DNA of 64,000 nt from Phoronis australis. Its lineage: Eukaryota > Animalia > Phoronida. The position numbers were made by a program, and so were the translations under genes. The notes under the pieces are model-generated. The model was not told the DNA's origin and searched no databases. It was given only the letters and a program-made list of their open reading frames with translations. The stretch spans positions 888,803-952,802 of the forward strand of contig NMRA01000020.1 of NCBI GenBank assembly GCA_002633005.1, in the 5' to 3' direction. Of this stretch, positions 25,401 to 36,190 are shown piece by piece. Numbering within the stretch: the stretch's first letter is position 1; the number at the start of each line of letters is the position of its first letter.

Positions 25401-27486
25401 GCACAGACTGGATACGACACAACGACCAGAAAGCGCCAGAATGGAAACATTTCTAGAGAAAACAAAAGTCAAAGCATAGCAAGCCTAGGCCTACGGGAAA
25501 AAACTGTAGTATTATTGCCTACAACATCTCCCGACCATCAACTGCGCAATTTTTGCTGGTGACGTTCTACATCTAGTGGAAGCGGAATTTTCGTCCTCGC
25601 CCGCGTAACCTCTGTAAATAAACAAAAAAAGAACTGCTGTAAGCCATACCATGCAAGCTCATTGAAGACATTCATCTACTGATAAGACATACACTGTATC
25701 ACAAATAACTTATTAAAATAATGACTGAGAATAAGACTACCTGCGTCAACATTAGAGGTGCATTACGCCGCTCGTTTTTAGCTGTCATGTTGACAAAGTT
25801 AACAGATGCGCTTTGGGGTTTAAAAACACTATTACGCTCATCCGATCTTGATTTGTTGACCTAGCGTTTTCTCGAGTCGCTAGATAGAACTGATCATATG
25901 GTAACGACATATTACGAGGCCAATTTTGTGTGTGAAAAAGGCCTTATTCGAATTTTGTTTTTAGACAGCTAAACATGGTGAAAACAACTTTACATGAAGT
26001 GTATGTCACACATATTACTGTTTTCCTCACCATGTGCCAGTTTGCCACGTCATGTAACTGTTTGCCAATGACCATTGATTGATTAGCAATCTAATTGTTA
26101 CGAAATCTGTTTTGCAAGCCTTGCAGTGCTCGAATTGCGAGAAATACCTGTCATGTAACGACAGATCGCGATAATCGAGGTGTTGTCATCTGCCCAAGTG
26201 AGAGCTTGTTTTTGTCTTGACAACAACGCGAAGCTGTTGAAGTTTCCCAAAACAGGCACGGATCCAGAGAGGGTACAAGGGGCCCGACCCCACGTTCTTG
26301 ATCATTTTTACAATGTTATAATGTAACAGCACCCACCACGATTACCCCATATCTAACTCCCTTGAAAAAAATCCTGTGGCCGGGATACGCGGCTGCACAA
26401 ATGCAGTTTGCAGTTACGAAAACTATCGAATCCTTCTCTTGCCAAGCGAGGTGTGTTCAGTGGCACTGAGTTTTATTTCGCCGTATAACGACAATAGCTA
26501 TGAAACATAAAGCTGCATTCTCTCTGTTTAGCTGGCTAAAACCGAAAGTTAATGCATGTATAAGTCTATTAGGCCTACTCTCATACCGTCATTCGGTCTC
26601 TTGTTATTATTTATCGTGATAGGATTCAGTTTCCGTTACCAGCAAGAACATCAAAACCGTCAGAAAATATTGTTGGGGTTATCCAGCTCTAAAATTTGCA
26701 GATTCAAAAATGGCCCTATCAAATTGCCAGTGTGACAAGAGTTACCGACTCTTTCGGTAGTAACAATACAATATCGAGCGTGGTGATTTTTGAAGCCGCA
26801 AAGCACTTCGGGTAAGAATTTAACATTGACAGCTACACTGGGGCGCGAAATGCAGCTCAAACTAAGAGAAAAATTACACAAATATTGGAAAACGGAAAAA
26901 CATGTGACGTCAATCCTCTTAAATAGAGTGACATTTTGAAACCCTTGCAATTAATAACAAACTGGCCAACAGATGGTTTCCTGTTACATAACTATTAACT
27001 TCTAACTATTAATGATAATTACAGCGGTTCATCAAAACTGAGGCCAGGGAATATGCACACGACTAGGTGCTTTTGGTCTATACTAGTAGTCTCAAATCTG
27101 ATTATGCTCTGGCAAAAGAAACGGGCTCGCGCACTAATTATTTGAGTTAATCCTTTTAGTACGATACGTTAACCAATTCGAAAAGTGAAGCAAGAGAGAT
27201 GATGCCAAATGTAGCAACGTAAATAAACGTTTTCCTCCAATAAAAATAACACACATAAAGTATGTTGAGCTGGAAATCTAAATATCCATGCAACTTTAAC
27301 TATGGGGAAAATCGGTAATTACTTTTAAAAAAATTATTCGTCATTATTTATGACATGTCAGTCGCCATTTTCATTGAAAATTGTAATCAAACAAATGTCA
27401 TTTCCATTTAATTACAGACAAATATTTTCGTCCGCATGCTACTGCTCCGACAATCATTCAGTCGCGATTCACGATACACTGAATGT

Positions 27487-27735
27487 CAGGGCTTGGAATG
27501 ACTAATAAAAAAGAGAAAAAATTTCCAGGTGATCTATCGTTCCAAAAATAAATAGGCTTGTGTTACAGAAATATTTTTTGTGTTGTTAGATTTAACTGAA
27601 ATAAACGTTTTTGCATTATAAAGTTAAATTCATAATAAAAAGAGACGAAAAAATGAGGAAACTGGAAATCAAATAAGAGGAACTCGAAACCGAAAAAGAA
27701 GAAATCTTCTTAAAAGAGGAAAATTCCAAGTCCTG
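27487..27735 (+). mobile_element. ~250-bp MITE with 13-bp TIRs
   Basis: CAGGGCTTGGAAT...ATTCCAAGTCCTG; three copies in the window. Confidence 0.9.
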
Positions 27736-30700
27736 ATAGGCAAATAGTCGTGCTCTAATGAATCCTAAGTTGGTGATCAAATCACGTGGCATGGTTTCAC
27801 AAATATAAGCATGCTTCATTATTATGGTAAGCACAAAGCAATCGTCAGCACAACGACGTCACAGCCCAGACTACAGACAAAAGCACACCTTACCCACATA
27901 AAACCAAATGAGTTCTGAGACGGGTCAAATTAAAAGGAATTAACACGCGTTGGAATGATCAAAACACTTGAAAGACAAAACTTAAAAGCGACTTCAAATG
28001 AAATTATGAAAGGAGTGATTTGTGTAACACATGGGGAAACTTTGGGAGACGAACTGCGTTAGTGTCACGGCAAAGTAGTTTTTTTTTTATTGTGTAACAG
28101 ACGGAACATCTTCATTGTTGCCGAAACAGTACCATTATATAAACAACGCAAAAGGGTAGGAAATCACACAATCTTATACGCCAAATCTCAAACTTAAAAT
28201 AATAAACTGTTTAACGAATCAATGGATAATTTCGACATGTCCATCAAACTATTAATTTCAGCAAATCAGAGCGCGTAAAAACGTAAACAATATGCCCGTC
28301 CTCCACCTTTAGGCACACAAATAATCGTTGCTAACGAAAGCAGAAACATCCTTTTTCGTTCGTGCGCTTTGAACACTTGCAGTGTGGATCAAATATTTAT
28401 GCAGAACAAACAAAAAGTAAAAGGCGTGGGGATATAAAAAGCAAGAGACCTCACGATCAGCTGAGTACTGTATAGGCCCAAGAATATACTTTAACGTCAG
28501 AATAAACTAGCTCTAAGTGAAATCGATTCACCATCCAAACTTTTTGAAAATATTTTCTTTTATTCACTGGTACCTGATGTGAATAGGCCAGCAATCAAAT
28601 GTGTTCTATGGGTGACAGTACATGTGGGACTTATGGTAACGAGACCACGCTGACAACTCGAGGCTCATGTACATGTATTCTTATATACATGTATACACAA
28701 CACCAGATCACACGTGGACATCAACAAAACTTTATGGTGCGGGCTAATCACGTTAAGACAGTTTATCCTCATCGTCAGTCGCCACATGGAATACTGGGGT
28801 TATCGGCACACCTAAATCAGTGCCGACACAGATAGAAAGGTACGAGCTGAGCACTGAGTCAGACCCCCCATGTGATAAATAGCTCAACTGACAGCTCACG
28901 TCAAAGTGAAAACACGACAACCATTGAATGAACTAACCGCAATCGTTGTCACCTTAGCGTGAGCTATGGTTCACTTGAGGTAAACAACTCAGCTGGTATC
29001 TATCTATCCCGTCTGCGCCGAGCCCCACGTGCAGTGCAAAACACGAATGATGCGGGCAACCACAGTTAGTACCCAACTGTTTAAATCACCAGTTTCAATA
29101 TTAGTTTTCCCGCTAGGTTATAGAGGTCGATAGTAGTGTAAATCTGTCACGTTAGACCCCATAATAAAACTGACATGTAGGCAAGTAGTCTACAAATTTA
29201 ATTGCTTTACTCGCACTTTGGTCTTGAAATATAGTGGCCGGCTGCCATGACTACTTCTATGTAATTTGCCACTGCAGTTGATGTTATGTTTTGGTGTCCT
29301 GTGTCTCGGATGACGTTTCCGTATGTCACACGTACGTCATAGCCCGCGTTTCCGGCAATAGTGGACTTATTCACATGAAAAGAATCCTACGTTGTTATCC
29401 TCACCGGCCGAGATTGGCCGGGGCAACTCAACCGGTTTGCGCATCGATCAGATCCATCATTATAAACACACTAGGGGCAACAAAAGTATCATGAAAATTA
29501 CATTGGGCATGATGTTTTTGAATTTTGAAAATCAGCCAAGAAATATAATGAGTTATACAACCTAAAACTGTTCTACAATGTTGCCACATTATGCTTCTCA
29601 CATTAAATTTTCTGATTGTGCAACATTATTGTGCCATTCAGCAGGCAGCAGTTAGATTTTGACGTAAGCCAAGTGTCAGTGTACAATGTTTGGCATGATG
29701 ATGGCGGTCTCTAGAGTAATCAGAGTCCGAAAACGATTTCCGCTTGATCCCAACACAGAATTGGTGGACAGAAATTCAATAACTGCATAATAGATCATTA
29801 TTCTAAAAATAAAGGAATAAGTCCCCCTGTCATTCTCTACCATTGTTGTCACTAATTTATTTTAGCTTTTTGGGATCAAAATTCTCCCATTTTGTTAGTC
29901 GCAGCCCTGACTTCGCATGACGCGGAATCTTCCTCGAAGAAAATGTGTGGGACATGGTGTCCTTCATCCATGAATATTTCAAGAGGTTTGCCTTTTAGTT
30001 TCCGTAAGCCATTAGTACATCCCACCGTACAGCAGTGGAAATTTGCTGTCTTGATTATAAAAGCAGGGAAGGTATAAAAACGCTGTTAGTTTGTATACCG
30101 GTATGGGGTATTGAGTGGTGCTAAGCAGACTCACATCGCCGTCAGGCGGGATATTGCTTTTCAATATGGCGCAGCAGTTTCGAAAGAGTCAGCTGTTGTT
30201 GATTCTTAATAGAAACTCTACTTAAGGAAAATAAAATTAAAAGTATTCATGGAACTTTTCAGGTTATGAAGATGAATTTATTTCACTTTTCGCTTGTTTA
30301 CGCATGAACAGTCCGGCGTCAATCACTCTACGGTTTATTCAGGCGATATTCATCTAATAAAGTCTACTACATCTGCAACGGTCACTTTTCCGTACGCTCT
30401 TCCGTTGTCTGTATACCGTTGATTTGTATAGCAAATGTCCAAGTGCATCGTGAAACCATCCGATACGCTTTTTATTTGTTTACAGCCAAAAGTATGTTGG
30501 ACCTAAATGGCGGACAGTCGTTGGGTTTACACGTTCCTGCGACCTACGTGCAGCAACGGACCAGAAATGACCGGTCACTGCGACAAAATCCCAACTTTTC
30601 CAACAGCATTTTCAGCATGCGAACTTGTCCTGAAATTTTGCGGCATAACGGTCGCCTACTATAAAACTAAAATCCAATTTATCCAAGCCATCATGACGGG

Positions 30701-30975
30701 AAATTCCGGGTAATTTGCATTTGTCGTCGTCACTGTAATTGGGTTAAAAACGCAATTGGTTCTGGTCTATACCCTGGCTTTTTGGAGACTCGCGCTCTCA
30801 AAAAGAAAAACTTAAGCACCCGGCCGCCTGCACCAGTTTTTGTCAGCCAAGATCCCGAGTTTTATTTTTGGAGAGCTGCATGCATGCAGGCGAGTAACCA
30901 AGAGCACATAAGATTTGAAACGCAATGATTTGCCAAATGATGTATAGTACATGTAAATGATACACTAGACAGTGC

Positions 30976-31023
30976 TCAAAAAGTCCCCAAAGCTTGGTTT
31001 AGCCGTTCAAAGGTGATAGCCAT
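30976..31023 (-). CDS. Secreted peptide precursor, most likely last coding exon (MAITFERLNQALGTF*)
   Basis: Best phase-0 acceptor found downstream (attctttttatag); alternatives exist near 31835 and 30666, so this exon is tentative. Confidence 0.45.
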   Translation of the reverse strand: MAITFERLNQALGTF

Positions 31024-31963
31024 CTATAAAAAGAATCCGTCTTTCGTTGCTGCTTTGAAACTAACTATGAACCGCCTTGTTTGCTCCGTTACAAACTTGC
31101 AGACAAACATGGCGGGTCTCGCGGAACTATTTTTCATGCAGGGCATTGTGTAGATTGACTCGCTACCGCGTCAGAAAGCAACCCCAAGTTATGATTGGCT
31201 CGCAATGCTACGCGTACATGTATGACTCAATAACTGAGAAACTTTGACAGGCGATGGAGCGTACGTTTACCATGTCGTGGCTCAAAAACGATGTGGATCG
31301 AAGAGAACGTTATTCTATAAAAACAAATTTCAATATTCACATTAAAGCTGCATTTCGACTTGCTTAGCTGGCTGAAACTGAAGATCGAAACCCCTCATAA
31401 AATTGATCTGAAATTGTTCAATTATCATATGTTTGTTTTCTGTTACATATACCAAGGAGAACATACAAACTCTCAACAGAACATTCCGGTTAAGTGTTGC
31501 AAGGTCATGGATCGTCTACTCTTCCGTGGTTCGGCGAAAAGTTGGCTCAGAAACCCTATTTGAAAATTTAAAACACTATTCTGACGGTCACAGATTTTTG
31601 GCGAAATCTGCTATTCAACGGGACAACATTTGATCACCATTTGGCAACATGACTGATTGAGACGCCATTTCCGTGTTTGCTGCCACCAGTGCGGATAAAA
31701 GAGAACCTTTCGAGCACTGGCATGAAGGCCGACAGCCCCGCCCCCCCAACGGAAAACTGCTTAGAGCTTAGTATAAAAAGTCTTGCACCATTTTCACTGT
31801 CTCAAATAGATTTTATTCTTTGAAAACTTAAGCAACTAAAGAATACCGAATTGATTTTCAAAAAACCCAAACCGGGACAACTAAGCGTTTTGGCCTTGAA
31901 CTTCAGTTGATGGGATCGTGCAGTTCTTAAGGTCACTTTGCAAACTGCTAGGCTACTACTTAC

Positions 31964-32085
31964 GCCAAGACTGGGTTTGCACGAGTGGAACGGATTAGTG
32001 AAGTAGCCTTTGGGGCATAGCTTCTTGCTGGGTGCTTCGATGACACTTCCGTTGTCTGTGTTCATCGGAAGCGTGTAGTTTGGCT
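31964..32085 (-). CDS. Secreted peptide precursor, exon with the cysteine loop (EPNYTLPMNTDNGSVIEAPSKKLCPKGYFTNPFHSCKPSLG)
   Basis: ttttttcctttctttctcag acceptor, GGC|gtaagt donor, phase 1 matches the upstream exon. Confidence 0.8.
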
Positions 32086-32374
32086 CTGAGAAAGAAAGGA
32101 AAAAAGATTCATTTATCAGGTAACTACATATTTCTGGTGCATATCTGCTTATAGCCCAGAAAGCCCACAATTACACAACGCTAAGCAGACATTTTATAAA
32201 GCAGAAAATGAATTTTATGAAGCTCTTGCAACATTTTATCCGGCTGGAAGCATTTGCGCAACCTGAACCACGATTGTAGATGCGCATAGCACCAAATGGG
32301 GGAGGTCGGGAAATTTTTCTGTTTTTACCTCTAAAAATCAAGCATTTTCCTTGATTCCTGAAGTATTATCCAAG

Positions 32375-32497
32375 AAAAAAAGGCAGAAAAAAAAAACACG
32401 GAGAACGTGTCAAACCGGAAAAACTGCGACTACAAAAGACTCGAACTCACGACCTGGCGGATAGAGAGCGCGTGCGTTACCACTACACCACCACGAT
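32375..32497 (-). mobile_element. tRNA-derived SINE head or tRNA pseudogene
   Basis: Minus strand has an A box TGGTGTAGTGG, a B box GTTCGAGTC and a downstream T-run; acceptor and anticodon stems do not pair well. Confidence 0.65.
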
Positions 32498-33354
32498 TTA
32501 CTACTAATTTTCTACTAAAAGACCTATTTGTTTATGGGCCACAGCGTTTGCGCGCGAAACCTACTTCTTTTTGTAATGCTTATTACACGTTTTATATTCT
32601 TAACAAATTTGTCGTATTTGAATTAGTCTTCAAATGCCCAAAAGACCAAATCCATTTTTCGTGTTGGCAATAATTACGGGATTGCTTTGGAAATCGTCTT
32701 AAGATAAGGTTTGACAAAGAGAGTATTGCGAGTTTCTGAGTGATTCACTAAGGCTTCGATCAAAATTCACATCTTACCAGCAGCTTCTGTTTTTTCATCG
32801 TCACTCAGGTTCCATTTTCTTTAAAAAATGAAGTAAATTTTCTTCATTGCACAGTGGAGCAGACGACGGAAACGGAGTCGTAGTGCGCAGCGCCACTGCC
32901 GGTCGCCTGGGATATCGCGGGAGAGCCTATACTTAGCCATAGTTCCGTTACGAATGCGCCGTGTTCCGAATTTGACACTTGAAATTGGATTTGAGCCCCC
33001 CCCCCACAACACTAAAACTGCACACATTTAAATCTTTTTTCAGCCGTATAATTTTAATTACCGGGGTTAACTCACCATTTCCCTACGCTCTTACTGTTTT
33101 ATTTTTTTTTTGCGGCAGCCAAGGGGGCGGGCCCCCTGCCCCCCCTAAATCCGCCTATGAAGTCCCAATGTCAATTAAACTTATTTACGTTTTTGCATGT
33201 TGACTACGACTACATTTTAAACGCTGCTCTTTTATTGCATGAGGGGAAATGGTATACCAAACTTTCATAGACCACAGGGTGTTTCATACTTTGCCTGGCT
33301 CATTTCATACACAAATCATCTCACAATTTTCAACGCCGCTAGCCAATAACTCAC

Positions 33355-33489
33355 CTTCGTTCCCGTTCTCAATCTTTTTCTGCTCTAGTGCCCGAAGCAG
33401 TTTTTCCAGGTAATCCTGCGGCGATTCATCCTCGTCATTGTCAAATATAAGCACAGCTGGTTTTGACTCGGCATACATGGTCACGCAGG
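33355..33489 (-). CDS. Secreted peptide precursor, exon with signal end and acidic pro-region (ACVTMYAESKPAVLIFDNDEDESPQDYLEKLLRALEQKKIENGNE)
   Basis: attttgtag acceptor, AAG|gtgagt donor, 135 nt open, phase 1/1. Confidence 0.82.
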
Positions 33490-34879
33490 CTACAAAATCA
33501 CAATAAAGTAAATTTTCAGGATTTGATCCCTAAAGCATAACATTGATTCATAGATTTGTTACCAAAAATTGTTGGGTGCATTGGGAATTCACTCGTGTTA
33601 CGCCTCATCCAAACTTGCCGGTAACCCTTTTATAGTTGCTATCTGTAAACTGGGAAGTTGAGCCTTTTCAAAAACACAAAGTGAGTGTAGTAATACCACT
33701 TTCCCCTCACACATGCACTCGTTAACATATGAAGCAATCCATCAACAACTGCAGTTATTGCTTTCTAACGAACATCGTAAAAATAACACAAGAGGTGAAT
33801 GAAGTAGTCAACAGTTCCCGTGTAAAACATAAACACAATCCATGTCGGTAACAAATAGCCATTAAATAAAACTGGGACCAGTGACATTTACAAAATACAT
33901 AAATAGATAAACGTGTAATTCACACGATACTAAACGAAGAGAGATAAAGGCAGAGGACATTACATTTCAGTGATGTATAAACTTAACTTTTCGTCTAATG
34001 TTGCGCAATTTTATTGACAACAACATTAAATAGTTGGTAGTCTGGTTTACATGTCGGCCATTAGGGCTCACTAATGGAAAACACGTAACCATTTAATCTG
34101 GTTGTCAATAGGCGAACATCAGACGACGAGTGCATTCATTGTACTTATGGAAAAATATCCATTAGCCGAACGCTGTTATTTAATGAAATAAATGGTAATA
34201 AACGTGCAAGTATAATAATGTAGTAACTGTATCTCCATGGTTACTTGGTTATGATGTTCTCGACTTTTCCGCCGCCCTGAACTGATTGGAAGATCAGGGA
34301 TAAAGTCAACTTCATGCTGTAATTAAAGGGGCTTTCAACGCACAACTTACATGTACTACCTCCCCATTGGTTAGTTAGTTTCTCATACCTGAGTGCTGCG
34401 CTTTTTATTGCCCATATTTCAAGAGATTATTATTTTAAGTGTATTTATTATTCATATTTCTGTACCGTTACATTGTCATAATAAATTACCTTTATTTCGC
34501 CTATCTACGGTCTCCTTTTTATCTCTGGAAACTGAGCTTGCGACGCACCTAACATCTTCAGGACATGCGTCGAACACAAAATACATTTTGAATGCTTCCT
34601 GACAAAAGTGCCTCTTCGTACTGACTAGGAAGGTGTAATTCAGTTTCAATCTCGAAAATGCTCAAAATGGCCAGGTGATGTACAACCATCCGAAAATGGG
34701 GAGGTGTCACCGTTTCGTTAGTGGAAACCTATTTGCCTATTTCATAAAAATCATTCAAGAAGTAGATCCGGAGATAGGTGAAGAAAACGTAAATATAAAC
34801 GTGCCACTAGGAGGCACGGTGGTAGTCGGATGCATTCGAAAGTCTTCCTCATGCGTTGTCAGACGTTCATCGATTAAAA

Positions 34880-35045
34880 CACACTTGGTATAGTTCGGTA
34901 CCAACCCTTCGTTTACACAAACTTCGTTAAAAACAAGACTAGACTTTTTGTTTGCAAGCTTGATACTGGTACGCTCGTAGTTTCGGAGCAGTCTCCTTTC
35001 TTCAGGTGTGCAGGTATGTAGTAAAACACCAAGAGACATAACAAA
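34880..35045 (-). mobile_element. 5' fragment of a Penelope-like element ORF
   Basis: MSLGVLL...RNYERTSIKL...FNEVCVNEGLVPNYT resembles the N-terminus of Penelope-type RT ORFs (R..EK...K...FN..C....L.P.Y). Confidence 0.55.
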
Positions 35046-35063
35046 CAAATTTAAATACTAGGT

Positions 35064-35165
35064 ATGGTATTGTCTACTATTGCTTGCCTAGTCGTTTTTC
35101 GGCCATGCTGGTCTACACCAACATGACCGAATAATATCTAGGCAAGGAATAGTAGACAATACTAT
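35064..35165. repeat. Near-perfect ~100-nt inverted repeat (hairpin)
   Basis: GTATTGTCTACTATTGCTTGCCTAG pairs with CTAGGCAAGGAATAGTAGACAATAC (1 mismatch); an inner stem TCGGCCATGCTGGT/ACCAACATGACCGA continues it. Confidence 0.9.
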
Positions 35166-36123
35166 CATTCGCTATGTTGAAAATGACACATTTCGGCTAA
35201 AGATTTTGGAATCGCTATTGTTCAGTCACGAAAAACCTGTGTTGAATGAGCAGCCCCCAGGTGTAAACCGCACACTGGCTCTGCTTCTATAGAGTTACGG
35301 GCTTCTTACCTTGTGTTGCATTCACATTCTCTACTTGTATGCCCCTCCTCTCGCTGCCACGTGTATTTCAATGTTTATTTCGCTATGTATATGTTCATTC
35401 CACTGATTGCCTGATGATGAGACATGCATTCTCGAAATATAGCTAGTGTTTTAATTTGTTTGTTTGTTATGTCTTTCGGTGTTTTACTACATTCCTGCAC
35501 ACCTGTGTAAAACAAACTAGCCAAATTTAACAAAGATCCCGAAAAATGTAAAAGAAACAGCTGCGGGCGCAAAAAAAAAACTCAAAAGCGACACTAGAGG
35601 ACGATATTGTAGACAGAGCCGTCCGAAAATTAAAGTCCACCCTGGTGTTCTCAAAAGGAGCACATTTACCAATTTTTGTGATTTTTAGCAGTGGCAGCGC
35701 TCAAAAAGGCGCGCGCGAAACAAGACTCGACAACACTAAAAAGGACCACTCCGTGTGCGCTAAATAAGTCGATTCCATTCAGAAATGAAAAACATGACTG
35801 CCTCTTTAATAGATACATATTTCCCAAATGTGATGAAAATGCGCCAAAAGTGAACAATCAAAATTGCTACTAGGGGGCACAGCTGTAATCGGATCCTCGC
35901 AAAAATTCGTTCATGCGGTCTTACCCGTGATAGAAGCACGTCTTATAAAATTTCACGAACATCCCGAGTACGAGACAAGGCAACGTACTTAATTTCAATC
36001 GTACGTGGAGTTTGTCTCAACCAGTTTTCCATGAACCACATCCGAAAATCACACAGCATGTCTCTGTATTTTTTACGAATGAATAACTTGCACATTGGAG
36101 GCAAAATATTAAAAGATATTTAC

Positions 36124-36190
36124 CAAAAATCACGCATAACATTGCTGTCAATATCGTGTAATTAGTCTTCAACATTCCGGAACTCATCAT
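36124..36190 (-). CDS. Secreted peptide precursor, first coding exon (MMSSGMLKTNYTILTAMLCVIF); the exon starts at 36222
   Basis: atttccttgtacag acceptor, in-frame upstream stop, hydrophobic signal core, TTG|gtaaat phase-1 donor; a probable 5'UTR exon donor (ATG|gtaagt) lies at 36320. Confidence 0.78.

Noticed and set aside
30545-30666. Alternative last exon for the peptide gene (FYSRRPLCRK...VRCCT*)
   Set aside because: Weak polypyrimidine tract compared with the 31023 acceptor; kept only as an alternative.
34490-34870. Hammerhead ribozyme expected near a Penelope-like fragment
   Set aside because: CTGANGA and GAAA cores could not be arranged with pairing stems by eye.
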